From NCBI GenBank assembly GCA_964522165.1, contig CAZFVV010000001.1, positions 23,394-87,393 on the forward strand: 64,000 bases of DNA, written 5' to 3'. The notes beneath the pieces are model-generated. The model had not been told where the DNA came from and did no database searches. It saw nothing but the letters and a program-made list of their open reading frames with translations. Every line of letters begins with the position of its first letter. The stretch's first letter is position 1. A program made the position numbers and the translations under genes. Of the stretch, positions 1-9,494 are shown piece by piece. Origin of the DNA: an uncultured Calditrichaceae bacterium (GTDB lineage: Bacteria > Calditrichota > Calditrichia > RBG-13-44-9 > J075).

Positions 1-1
1 G

Positions 2-736
2 AATACCCGGGTTTTTCTGGAAGGAGCCTACCTGGGACACGACACCATGCGTACGACCCTGGCTGATAACGGGTGGCTGCCGATGGAACAGCCGTTTAAC
101 ACCGCTCCCTGGCATTACCCGGGAAACGAAGCGGTCGAAAGCCCACCGGAAGAGGTGGTCGATTGGGTTCTCCTGGCGTTGCGAACCTCTCCCGAAGGCC
201 CCAATGAAACCTTTCGCGCTGCTCTCCTCAAAAACGACGGAACGGTGGCGGATATAGGCGGGGCTGCCCCGGTCAGCTTTGTTGACCAGGCCCCGGGAGA
301 ATACTACATCGTGGTGTATCATCGCAATCACCTGACCATCATGAGCAGCTCTGCGGTGGCATTGGATGGCAATTCTCCCCTGTATGATTTTACAGCCGAC
401 CCGGCCATGGCGTATGGAACAGACGCTTTGAAAGAATTGGAACGGGAGATATATGGAATGTATTGCGGCGACGCGAACGCCGACGGGCGGGTAACCCTAG
501 AGGATAAAGAGCTTTCCTGGCGGCCGCAAAACGGGACCGCCTGGGAGTATGGTAAATACGGGGACCTTAACCTGGACGGCGGGATTGATGTAAAAGACCT
601 CAACCTGTGCTGGCGCCATAATATCGATCAAATCTCGCAGGTTCCCGAAGCAGCCGCCGCTGCAAAACCCGCCCGGCTTCCGGCGGCTCCCCGGCAAGGC
701 GAAGGCCGCGCCCGGGGCGGCAGACAGGAGCAGTGA
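2..736 (+). CDS. Dockerin-repeat protein, 3' part. The reading frame is open from the window edge, so the gene probably starts upstream.
   Basis: Frame is open from nt 2 with no stop before the first ATG at 47. Two dockerin type I-like Ca-binding repeats are present (GDANADGRVTLED and GDLNLDGGIDVKDL). Stop codon at 734-736. Confidence 0.55.
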   Translation, partial: NTRVFLEGAYLGHDTMRTTLADNGWLPMEQPFNTAPWHYPGNEAVESPPEEVVDWVLLALRTSPEGPNETFRAALLKNDGTVADIGGAAPVSFVDQAPGEYYIVVYHRNHLTIMSSSAVALDGNSPLYDFTADPAMAYGTDALKELEREIYGMYCGDANADGRVTLEDKELSWRPQNGTAWEYGKYGDLNLDGGIDVKDLNLCWRHNIDQISQVPEAAAAAKPARLPAAPRQGEGRARGGRQEQ

Positions 737-886
737 GCAGAAGCGGAAGCAGGGGCAGGAGCAGGTATAGATAGGAGTGCAAATTTTAATTTGCACTAAC
801 CACTCCCGCACTAACTCTGGCTGTCCCCGATCCTGCTCCTGCCCCTGCCGCCTGCAAAACTGAAGTTTTGCACTCCTGCCCCTGTT
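727..886. repeat. Composite intergenic repeat: GCAGG-rich tandem units, then the palindromes GTGCAAATTTTAATTTGCAC (777-796) and TGCAAAACTGAAGTTTTGCA (853-872), then a C-rich complement
   Basis: Perfect inverted repeats are readable in the sequence. The same motif recurs at 8815-8885, 21615-21665, 30482-30505, 54182-54532 and 57325-57385. Confidence 0.6.
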
Positions 887-1951
887 TCACGGGGCGCTCT
901 CTCCCGGTTTATGCTCGAACAGGCCCAGGTAAAATTCCTTCATCGCCTCCTCCATTTGGCGCACTAAGTTGTTGGCAATGGATTTTTCCGCCAATAGCAC
1001 TGCATTCATAATCGCCTTGGCTTTGGAGCGCCCGTGCGCTTTGATGATCAGCTTTTGGAAGCCCAGGATCGGCGCGCCGCCGTACTCGGAATAGTCCAGG
1101 CGCTTTTTGAGCTTTTTGAGCTTGGGCGCCAGCATCATGATGCCCACTTTGGAGAGAATGCCCCGTTTCCAGATTTGCTTGCCGGTTTGCAGGGTCAATT
1201 CCGCCATGCCTTCTAAGCTCTTCAGCACCGTGTTGCCGGTGTAGCCTTCGGTCACGATCACGTCGGCGATGCCGCGCAGCACGTCCTTCCCCTCCACGTT
1301 GCCGATGAAATTTACCTGCGGCGTGCGCCGTAAAGTCTGATGGGTTTCCACTAACACGCTGTGCCCCTTGGTCTCCTCCTCCCCGATGTTCAGCAAGCCC
1401 ACCCGGGGATTCTCGATGCCCAGCACTCCCCTGGCATAGTGCAAACCCATAATCGCAAAACTGACCAGTTGGTTGACGGTTCCGTGCAGGGTCGCCCCAA
1501 CGTCGAGCATCACCGTCTTGCCGGGGTCGCCGAGTTTATGCCTGACCGCCGGGAGCACCGCCGCCAGCACCGCCCGCTCGATGCTGCCGATGCGGGAAAT
1601 CGCGTTGGAGCAGGCCAGCAGGGTGGCCCCGGTGCTGCCCGCGCTCACCAGGGCCTCGCCGTAGCCGTCGCGCAGCAGCCGCGCCGCCACGTTGATGGAA
1701 GCGTTGGGTTTGCTTAGAATCGCATCTTTAGGCGGGTCTTCCATGGAGATCACCTCCGGGGCGTGGATGATCTCCCAGCGGCTCTCGCGCAGCTTCTCCT
1801 TCTTCAGCAGGCTGCGCACGCCTAATTCATCACCCACAAAAATGCAATGGATGGTGGAACTCTTCCGGCACGCCTCCGCCGCGCCTTTCACGATTTCCTC
1901 GGGAGCGTGGTCGCCGCCCATGGCGTCTATCACGATGCGATTCCATTTCAT
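887..1951 (-). CDS. plsX: Phosphate acyltransferase PlsX
   Basis: 354 aa ORF. N-terminal IVIDAMGGDHAPEEIVKGA and the overall PlsX architecture match (established family knowledge). Confidence 0.88.
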   Translation of the reverse strand: MKWNRIVIDAMGGDHAPEEIVKGAAEACRKSSTIHCIFVGDELGVRSLLKKEKLRESRWEIIHAPEVISMEDPPKDAILSKPNASINVAARLLRDGYGEALVSAGSTGATLLACSNAISRIGSIERAVLAAVLPAVRHKLGDPGKTVMLDVGATLHGTVNQLVSFAIMGLHYARGVLGIENPRVGLLNIGEEETKGHSVLVETHQTLRRTPQVNFIGNVEGKDVLRGIADVIVTEGYTGNTVLKSLEGMAELTLQTGKQIWKRGILSKVGIMMLAPKLKKLKKRLDYSEYGGAPILGFQKLIIKAHGRSKAKAIMNAVLLAEKSIANNLVRQMEEAMKEFYLGLFEHKPGESAP

Positions 1952-2332
1952 ACTCGGTTCCCCAGTTTTTTCTAAGCAATATACGATTGGTAAACTGATA
2001 TTTCAAGAGTAGCAGAAACCGAACCTAAAACACAGTAACTGAGGTAAGTCGGACAATAATCTAACTGCTATACTCGTTAAAGGTTAGTTTGTAGCACTCT
2101 GATATTACAAAAAATGCTTTAAAATATGGGTTTTATCAAAAGTGAGGTGTTACAAAATCACCCTTTTCTGGTATATTACAACTCTACTATTCACCACTCT
2201 ACCACTCACCGCTCTTCAATCATCCACCCACTACCGCTGTTTTTTATGACAAAAATCATATTTTAAGCTGATAAAAGTCATTGAAATTAGGGAGAAGGAT
2301 TAGTTACGCTTAATCGAAATCAGGAGAACAAA

Positions 2333-4420
2333 ATGCAATTCCTTCGCTTTATCTCATTTTTATTGGGTTTAATGCTGTTGATTGGTTGGAGTAATATATT
2401 GAAAGGCAATTGGGGAAAAGGAAATCATAGTAATCAGTATGTTGATATAGATCCGAGTTCTTGTTCAGTTTTATTTAAAGATGGGAGAGTTCATATAATA
2501 GAGAACAGATTATCTAACTCTCTGCATAAATCCGTTCATAATTCGACCAACGCTTTTACCATTGACTTATTCCCGTTGAAAATCATGTCTGATTTTATAA
2601 TGAGTTATCTCTGGTTTTATGATGAATTAGGAAACGGGAACGATACCCTCATCTTTTTGGAAGATTCAGTAGCAAGTGTATTACGGCCTGCTGGCCGGTA
2701 CAGTCTCTTTGCGGGATATTGGCCTGATCAATATCAACACACCCTCATCGTAAAAGATCATATTCATTTAAGTGCCCCATCACAAGTTCAGATAACGGAA
2801 GAAGAAGCGGATCAGGCGCTGAATTTCAATTTACGTAAAGAGACTGGTAACCCTTTGGGAATTAGTGTTATCTCGTTTTATTTTTACAGCAAAATGAATG
2901 ATTCTAAGTTCAGGATTACCAGCTTCAATGATGGTTATAATACTTTTAGGTTAAAATACAATTTTATGCCTCAGTCATTTGAAAAAGAATGGGCAGTTAA
3001 GGGTAAACAACTCCATAATGGAGGGAATTTATACTTGTTAAGTGGTGAAATAACGGATGACCTACCGCCGACTACTAATATTACTAACAACCCGGCTAAT
3101 TTAGTTCATGCCGATTTTTATTATCATTTTCCAGATTCCCTAACCAATGGAAGCTATTTTCAAATATCCACTTTATTTCCTGATTTCCATTGGGCGGGAG
3201 CCGGCGATCCAATTTACACCCATCCGATTCAGTTAAGAGTATACCAGGATACTACTCTTAGTATTGCATTTCGAGCTTCTACGTTCATTCAATTTGTCTC
3301 AAGTAATGCCCTTTTTTACATTACAACTCATGAAGTTCGAATTGATAATCAAATGGTTACAGGATATTTCCTTTCCGATAGAAATGCTAGTTCATTCATT
3401 ATTTCAAATAAATTGGAAAAAACAAATTTGGGGTTGACACCGACTTACTGGTTTGGAAAATTTATGAATCAAGCAGACACTATTAAGATTCGTTCACCTC
3501 ACGGGAAATTTCAACATCTTTTTCTATCTCAGAGTAACGATATACTACTGCATTACAACGTAGATTTCCAAATTTTTAGTAATGGAGTAATCATTAAGGA
3601 AGGGAAGTTTCCCTATGCTGCTGGGAGTCCTATTATGTTTCTCGGATTTAATCCAGATAGCCTTACCATCCCGGTTTCACCAGGAACTTACGAGATGGTG
3701 ATCACCGATAACGATTATGAACTCAACGCACAGCCAGGCATTTCCCGCGTCAAAGCGAGATTTAATCTTAATCAATTAGATAGAAACCCGCCCAACATAA
3801 CACTTTTCCAAATTCTGGCTGAAGATGAATTAACTTATGCTTTGAATCCTTTCAATAACAATAGAGTGCGATTTACTTTGGAAGAAGAGGGAGTCGTAAA
3901 TGGCATTCAACTATTCTATGGAGCATGGAATGATAGCATTTGGCATGAAATCCCTCTCAACCATAATGCACCCTTTTGGGATGGTTCAATTCCTTATTTA
4001 AGCGAGGGTTTATATTCGTTAAGATTACTCGCCTGTGATGGTTTTCAAAATTATATTGATTGTATAATGTCGCCTGCATTTGTGATGGAAGAGAGCACCG
4101 CTATAAAGAATAATTCTCTTGGGATAAATTCTTTACAACAAATTCAGCTTTATCCGAATTATCCTAATCCTTTTAATGAACAGACATTAATCTCTTACGT
4201 AATTCCCAATAACTTTTCCAGTGAAATACAAATTGCTATTTACAACCTGCTTGGGCAAAAAGTGGCGATTTTATATGAAGGAAGGACAACGTCGGGGCAT
4301 CATCAACTTTATTGGAACGGAACAGACAGTGATGATAAGCAAACTGCGTCAGGTATTTATTATTTAGTATTGAAAGGAGGTGATCTAATCATTAAACAAA
4401 AATTGATAGTGATTCATTGA
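2333..4420 (+). CDS. Secreted hypothetical protein with a T9SS (Por) C-terminal sorting domain
   Basis: RBS AGGAGA 8 nt upstream and an N-terminal signal peptide. C-terminus reads YPNYPNPFNEQTLISY...IYNLLGQKVAIL...SGIYYLVLK, typical of a T9SS CTD. The gene is clearly AT-rich relative to its flanks. Confidence 0.8.
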   Translation: MQFLRFISFLLGLMLLIGWSNILKGNWGKGNHSNQYVDIDPSSCSVLFKDGRVHIIENRLSNSLHKSVHNSTNAFTIDLFPLKIMSDFIMSYLWFYDELGNGNDTLIFLEDSVASVLRPAGRYSLFAGYWPDQYQHTLIVKDHIHLSAPSQVQITEEEADQALNFNLRKETGNPLGISVISFYFYSKMNDSKFRITSFNDGYNTFRLKYNFMPQSFEKEWAVKGKQLHNGGNLYLLSGEITDDLPPTTNITNNPANLVHADFYYHFPDSLTNGSYFQISTLFPDFHWAGAGDPIYTHPIQLRVYQDTTLSIAFRASTFIQFVSSNALFYITTHEVRIDNQMVTGYFLSDRNASSFIISNKLEKTNLGLTPTYWFGKFMNQADTIKIRSPHGKFQHLFLSQSNDILLHYNVDFQIFSNGVIIKEGKFPYAAGSPIMFLGFNPDSLTIPVSPGTYEMVITDNDYELNAQPGISRVKARFNLNQLDRNPPNITLFQILAEDELTYALNPFNNNRVRFTLEEEGVVNGIQLFYGAWNDSIWHEIPLNHNAPFWDGSIPYLSEGLYSLRLLACDGFQNYIDCIMSPAFVMEESTAIKNNSLGINSLQQIQLYPNYPNPFNEQTLISYVIPNNFSSEIQIAIYNLLGQKVAILYEGRTTSGHHQLYWNGTDSDDKQTASGIYYLVLKGGDLIIKQKLIVIH

Positions 4421-4514
4421 TTTACATTTTGGAGGTCAAACAAGAGAGGGGGAGAAAAAGCTTTTAGTCAGAAGCAGGGAAGATTCATTTAAAAGCGAAG
4501 TATCCAACACACAA

Positions 4515-4811
4515 ATGAATTCAAGAGAGATTACAATGAAAACTTTGTATTTTCAACTGATGGCTCTATTATGCATCTACCTTTCAGGTTACGCTCAAGG
4601 CACCATTACATCTGTGGTTCATCATGGCCCTTATAATGACTTTGATGCTGTAGTGGTTGATCTTACTCAAACGCAAATTATAATTTTTTTATCTATGTTT
4701 TTTATCGACCCCAAAAATGGGAGTCAGGGCAATGGAATGACTTATATGCGTGGGATTATTTTGGGCCTTTTTATACAGCGGGTTCCTGGAGTGTGGTCAA
4801 TAAACCAATAA
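4515..4811 (+). CDS. 5' fragment of a T9SS cargo gene carrying the signal peptide (MKTLYFQLMALLCIYLSGYAQG); likely the same gene as 4793-5611 after a frameshift
   Basis: Signal-peptide ORF in frame 0. Frame 2 opens at 4661 and continues into the next ORF. A T7 homopolymer lies at 4684-4690. Confidence 0.45.
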   Translation: MNSREITMKTLYFQLMALLCIYLSGYAQGTITSVVHHGPYNDFDAVVVDLTQTQIIIFLSMFFIDPKNGSQGNGMTYMRGIILGLFIQRVPGVWSINQ

Positions 4812-5611
4812 ACATCTTTCGGGGTGAAGATTATTCGGGAAATTTTGCTCCATTGTACATTAACCCTGCCGGAAATGGAACATATCGAATTCAGGTTGCT
4901 CTGTATGTAGATTTTGAGCCCGATATCACTGAATATTCCGGTTCGTTTACCGTGACCGATGTAGTCGCCCCTTCTGCTCCAACTGGCATCACTAGATCTA
5001 TTGTGGGTTCGCAGAACAATCCCCGTATTGACTGGAATCAGAACCCTGAAGGAGATATTCAAAACTATGAAATCTATAAAAGAGTGGGCAGTGATCCCTG
5101 GGGAACTTCTCCAATCGCTACTGTAAGTAACACTACAAAATATTACGTGGATCAGACAGTGACAGGGGCCAGTTTTTACCAATATAGCAATAATGTGGAG
5201 ATTCCCTACCGGGTAAAAGCAGTTGATTTTAACGCCAATAAATCGGCTCATTCCAGTTCAGTTAGTTTTAATGTGCAGGGCGGGGATCAGAGCAAAATTG
5301 TGGGTCCGAATCTGGTTGAACAAGTCATTCCGGACAATTATGTCCTAATGCAAAACTACCCAAATCCTTTTAACCCGGTTACAACCATTCAATTCGGGCT
5401 GAAAGAAGCCGGGCCGGCAGAAGTAGCGATCTATTCCATAGACGGGCGGAAAATCGCAACCCTGGTGAATGAATTCATGGAAGCGGGGACGTATCAAGTG
5501 CATTGGGATGGGACGGATCAACAAGGCAACCCGGCCAGCTCTGGCGTGTACCTCTATCAACTAAAAGCAGGGAATCAAAGGCTGGTGAAGAAGATGATGC
5601 TCGTCAGATAA
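4793..5611 (+). CDS. T9SS C-terminal-domain protein (3' part, or a separate ORF with a GTG start)
   Basis: C-terminus YPNPFNPVTTIQFGL...VAIYSIDGRKIATL...SGVYLYQLKAGN is a canonical T9SS CTD. The reading frame is open upstream back to 4661. Confidence 0.75.
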   Translation: MVNKPINIFRGEDYSGNFAPLYINPAGNGTYRIQVALYVDFEPDITEYSGSFTVTDVVAPSAPTGITRSIVGSQNNPRIDWNQNPEGDIQNYEIYKRVGSDPWGTSPIATVSNTTKYYVDQTVTGASFYQYSNNVEIPYRVKAVDFNANKSAHSSSVSFNVQGGDQSKIVGPNLVEQVIPDNYVLMQNYPNPFNPVTTIQFGLKEAGPAEVAIYSIDGRKIATLVNEFMEAGTYQVHWDGTDQQGNPASSGVYLYQLKAGNQRLVKKMMLVR

Positions 5612-5706
5612 ACTGCCAGTGATGCAGGCCGCTCCTTTAGAGCCGCTTTTTACGGACCCCACATAATCGGCCAACTTAGGAAAAGCTTCCGGCAGTCGGT
5701 TCGATC

Positions 5707-5758
5707 AATAAACTCCGCTCATCCCGGTTTCCGCCAGGGGGAGCGGAGTTTATTTCTT
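5707..5758 (+). terminator. Rho-independent terminator-like hairpin after the T9SS gene
   Basis: AATAAACTCCGCTC...GAGCGGAGTTTATT forms a 14 bp stem, followed by TCTT. Confidence 0.55.
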
Positions 5759-6055
5759 ATAAGCATTTATAAGCAGCTTATATTCGGCGTTTTGCTCGAA
5801 ACGTCATCCCGAATAAGTCGGGATGGCGGAAAAGCTGCTTCTTTCCGTAGAAATATTTCTCGAAGGAATCTAAGATCGGAGCACTCCCCGAAGCCTTGCA
5901 TTTTTTTATTTTTTTGCAAAGGGTAGGGGTAAGCATTAAATTTCTCACTTGTTTAAAAAAAAATCGAATTTTGATTCATCTATCACGGTTTTTTTGCTTG
6001 AATTATGCGTAATTGTTAATATTCAGATGCGAACGCGGTAAAAAAAGGAGATTCG

Positions 6056-8833
6056 ATGGCTAAGAAGTACGTCTATTATTTCGGTTCCAACGGCGCAGAT
6101 GGCCGCGCAGACATGAAAGAATTGTTGGGAGGCAAGGGCGCCAACCTGGCGGAGATGGTTAACTTAGGTATGCCGGTGCCTTCCGGTTTTACCATTTCTA
6201 CCGAAGTGTGTACTTACTACTACAAAAACAACCGCACCTACCCCAAGGAGCTTTCCGGCCAGGTGCTGCAAGCGCTGCGGAAAATGGAAAAAGAGATGGG
6301 CGCCAAATTCGGCGACAAAAACAATCCCCTGCTGATATCGGTTCGTTCCGGGGCGCGCAGCTCCATGCCCGGGATGATGGAAACGGTTCTGAACGTGGGA
6401 TTGAACGATACCACCCGCGAGGGATTGATCAAAAAGTCCAAAAATCCCCGCTTCGTGTACGATTCCCAGCGCCGCCTGATCCAGATGTATTCCGACGTGG
6501 TGATGGAAAAGGCCGCCGGCGTCGAGCCGAAAGAGGGCAAAGGTATTCGCCAGCAGTTGGAACACGAGTTGGAAAAGATGAAACACGCCAAAGGCTGCAA
6601 AAGCGACACGGACCTGACCGCCGATGATTTGCAAGAATTGATCGAAATTTACAAGCGGAAAGTGCGGGAAGTGCTCGGCAAACCCTTCCCGGAAGACGCC
6701 CTGGAGCAGTTATGGGGCGGGATCGGGGCGGTTTTCCAAAGTTGGAACGGCAAACGCGCCGTGGCCTACCGGCGGATCGAGGGCATCCCGGATTGGTGGG
6801 GCACCGCGGTCAACGTGCAGGCCATGGTGTTCGGAAACATGGGCGACTCCTCAGCCACCGGGGTGGGATTTACCCGCAACCCGGCCACCGGCGAGAACTA
6901 TTTCTACGGCGAATGGCTGCCCAACGCCCAGGGCGAAGACGTTGTCGCCGGCATTCGCACCCCCAACCCGGTCAACGAGGTGGGAAAATCCGAGCATACC
7001 CACCACCTGCCCTCCCTGGAAACCGCCATGCCCAAAGCGTATAAACAACTTCACCGGATTCAGAAGCAGTTGGAAAAGCATTACAAGGATATGCTCGACA
7101 TCGAATTCACCATCCAGGACGGCACGCTGTACATGCTGCAGTGCCGGGTGGGGAAACGGAACGGCCCCGCGGCGCTGAAAATGGCGTTGGACATGATGCA
7201 CGAAAAACTGATCGACGCAAAAACCGCGGTTGCCCGGGTGAAGCCGGAGCAATTGGATGAATTACTGCACCCGATTTTAGACCCCAAGGCGGAAAAAGCG
7301 GCTACCTCCATCGCCAAAGGTTTGCCTGCCGGCCCCGGCGGCGGAACCGGCAGGGTGGTGTTCAGCGCTAATGAGGCCGTGGAATGGGCTAAAAAAGGCG
7401 AAAAGGTCATTTTGGTGCGCGAAGAGACCAACCCGGAAGACATCGAAGGGATGCGCGCGGCGCAAGCCATCCTCACCGCCCGCGGGGGGATGACCAGCCA
7501 CGCCGCGCTGGTGGCGCGCGGCTGGGGAAAATGCTGCATCGTCGGCGCGAGCAGCATCAAGGTAAATTTCAAAGAGAAATATTTGATGGCCGGGGAGCAT
7601 AAGGTTAAAGAAGGCGACTGGATTTCCCTGAACGGCAGCAAGGGCGTGGTCTATCTCGGCCAGCTGGGCATGGTGAAGACCACCGAGGACAACCCCCTGT
7701 TCCAGGAGTTGATGAAACTGTGCGATAAATTCCGTCGCCTGAAAGTTCGCACCAACGCCGATACCCCGGAAGACGCCCGGAAGGCGCGGGCCTTCGGGGC
7801 GGAAGGAATCGGGCTGTTCAGAACCGAGCACATGTTCTACGGCAAAGGCTCCGAAGCTCCCTTGTTCAAGCTTCGCAAAATGATCATCTCCAAGACCGAA
7901 GCCGAACGCCGGGCGGCGTTGGAGGAGTTGTTTTCCCACGTGAAGAGCGACATCAAAGGCACCCTGGAAGCGATGGACGGCTTCCCGGTGACCATCCGCA
8001 CCCTGGATCCGCCTTTGCATGAATTTGTGCCCAATCACCACGAAGAGCAGGAAAAGCTCGCCAAAAGCCTCAATATCAGCCTGGAAGAATTCGAGAAACG
8101 CGCCAATGCGCTGCATGAAAACAACCCCATGATGGGGCATCGCGGGGTGCGGCTGGGCGTGACCTACCCGGAAGTGACCGAGATGCAAATCCGGGCGATC
8201 TTCGAGGCCACTGCGGAATTGCTGCAAAAAGGAAAAAAACCTTATCCCGAAATCATGATTCCGGTTACCTGCACCAGCGCTGAATTGAAGCACCAGTTCG
8301 ATCTGATTGCCCAGGTACACCAGGAGGTATGCGCGAAGTTCAAGATGAAAGCGATTCCCCACCTGGTGGGAACCATGATCGAAATTCCCCGCGCGGCGCT
8401 GACCGCGGATAAAATGGCCGAATATGCGCAGTTCTTCTCGTTCGGAACGAATGATTTGACCCAAATGACCTTCGGCTTCTCGCGGGACGACATCGGCGGG
8501 TTTTTACCCGATTACCTGGAGAAGCGCATCCTGCCGGGGGACCCGTTCCAACAGGTTGATCGCGATGCGGTGGGCGAGCTGATGAAGGTCGCCTGCGAAA
8601 AAGGGCGCAGCGCCCGGCCGGATATTAAACTGGGCATCTGCGGGGAGCACGGCGGCGACCCGGCTTCCGTGGAGTTTTGCCACCAATTAGGATTGTCGTA
8701 TGTCAGTTGCTCCCCCTTCCGGGTGCCGATTGCCCGGCTGGCCGCGGCGCAGGCGGCGCTGCGCGACTCCGCGCCGGCGCCCAAAAAGCAGAAAAAGGGG
8801 GCAGCGAGAGCCAGCCGGAGTGCAAAACTTTAG
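6056..8833 (+). CDS. ppdK: Pyruvate, phosphate dikinase
   Basis: 925 aa. RBS AGGAGA upstream. N-terminal KYVYYFGSNGADG...GGKGANLAEM, a central phosphohistidine region and the PEP-utilising C-terminal domain. Ends in a Lys/Arg-rich tail. Confidence 0.93.
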   Translation: MAKKYVYYFGSNGADGRADMKELLGGKGANLAEMVNLGMPVPSGFTISTEVCTYYYKNNRTYPKELSGQVLQALRKMEKEMGAKFGDKNNPLLISVRSGARSSMPGMMETVLNVGLNDTTREGLIKKSKNPRFVYDSQRRLIQMYSDVVMEKAAGVEPKEGKGIRQQLEHELEKMKHAKGCKSDTDLTADDLQELIEIYKRKVREVLGKPFPEDALEQLWGGIGAVFQSWNGKRAVAYRRIEGIPDWWGTAVNVQAMVFGNMGDSSATGVGFTRNPATGENYFYGEWLPNAQGEDVVAGIRTPNPVNEVGKSEHTHHLPSLETAMPKAYKQLHRIQKQLEKHYKDMLDIEFTIQDGTLYMLQCRVGKRNGPAALKMALDMMHEKLIDAKTAVARVKPEQLDELLHPILDPKAEKAATSIAKGLPAGPGGGTGRVVFSANEAVEWAKKGEKVILVREETNPEDIEGMRAAQAILTARGGMTSHAALVARGWGKCCIVGASSIKVNFKEKYLMAGEHKVKEGDWISLNGSKGVVYLGQLGMVKTTEDNPLFQELMKLCDKFRRLKVRTNADTPEDARKARAFGAEGIGLFRTEHMFYGKGSEAPLFKLRKMIISKTEAERRAALEELFSHVKSDIKGTLEAMDGFPVTIRTLDPPLHEFVPNHHEEQEKLAKSLNISLEEFEKRANALHENNPMMGHRGVRLGVTYPEVTEMQIRAIFEATAELLQKGKKPYPEIMIPVTCTSAELKHQFDLIAQVHQEVCAKFKMKAIPHLVGTMIEIPRAALTADKMAEYAQFFSFGTNDLTQMTFGFSRDDIGGFLPDYLEKRILPGDPFQQVDRDAVGELMKVACEKGRSARPDIKLGICGEHGGDPASVEFCHQLGLSYVSCSPFRVPIARLAAAQAALRDSAPAPKKQKKGAARASRSAKL

Positions 8834-8885
8834 TTTTGCCACTCACGTTGCCTGCCGACAGTGCAAAGCTGAAGCTTTGCACTCC
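8815..8885. repeat. Palindromic intergenic repeat GAGTGCAAAACTTTAGTTTTGCCACTC plus AGTGCAAAGCTGAAGCTTTGCACTCC
   Basis: Two imperfect palindromes of the TGCAAAAC-NNN-GTTTTGCA family sit immediately after the ppdK stop. Confidence 0.6.
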
Positions 8886-9038
8886 GGCGTACTTCATTTT
8901 CGGTTAGCGGTTCGTTGATCTTTATCAATTCAATTGCCGGTGATGGGAATAACTTGCGTGGCCGGTTTTTCTGTCGCCAGCACCGATTAAACCAGGGAAG
9001 TTATCGGCACTTTTCATCAATCTAACAAGGAGAGCAAG

Positions 9039-9494
9039 ATGGCGAAGAAGAAGGAACGTCAATTTGCCATTAAGCAGATCGTTCAAGAGGAACAGATTTC
9101 GAACCAATCCGAACTGCTATCCAGGCTGCAAGGCAAAGGTTACAACACCACCCAGGCCACATTGTCGCGGGACCTCCACGAGATGGGAATCATCCGGGTT
9201 CCAACCCCGGAGGGATACCGCTATGTTATTTCCGAGCAGGAGAGCAGCCACTCGTTTGTGAAGTTAGTGGGAATGGAAATTTTAGGAATTTACAATAACG
9301 AATCGGTTCTGGTGGTCAGAACCATCACCGGGCGAGCGACCGGGGTGGCCCTGTTTATCGATCAGATCAAACACCGCAACATCCTCGGCACCGTCGCGGG
9401 AGAAAATTCGATTATTGTAGTTCCGGATTCCGTGGCCAACCTGCCCAAGATTAAAACCGATCTGGAGAACATCGCCTGTCAGAAATGGAGCTAA
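9039..9494 (+). CDS. argR: Arginine repressor ArgR
   Basis: 151 aa. RBS AAGGAGAG upstream. The TQATLSRDL DNA-binding motif and the C-terminal oligomerisation domain with GTVAGENSIIVV are present. Confidence 0.85.
   Translation: MAKKKERQFAIKQIVQEEQISNQSELLSRLQGKGYNTTQATLSRDLHEMGIIRVPTPEGYRYVISEQESSHSFVKLVGMEILGIYNNESVLVVRTITGRATGVALFIDQIKHRNILGTVAGENSIIVVPDSVANLPKIKTDLENIACQKWS

Noticed and set aside
6164-8464. Long antisense ORFs inside ppdK (6164-6634, 7277-8464) and similar ones inside other genes (10462-11349, 42618-43274, 43779-44288, 60918-62510)
   Set aside because: These are typical stop-codon-poor shadow frames of high-GC coding DNA. Their translations are Arg/Gly/Pro-rich and low-complexity. 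They fully overlap strongly supported genes.
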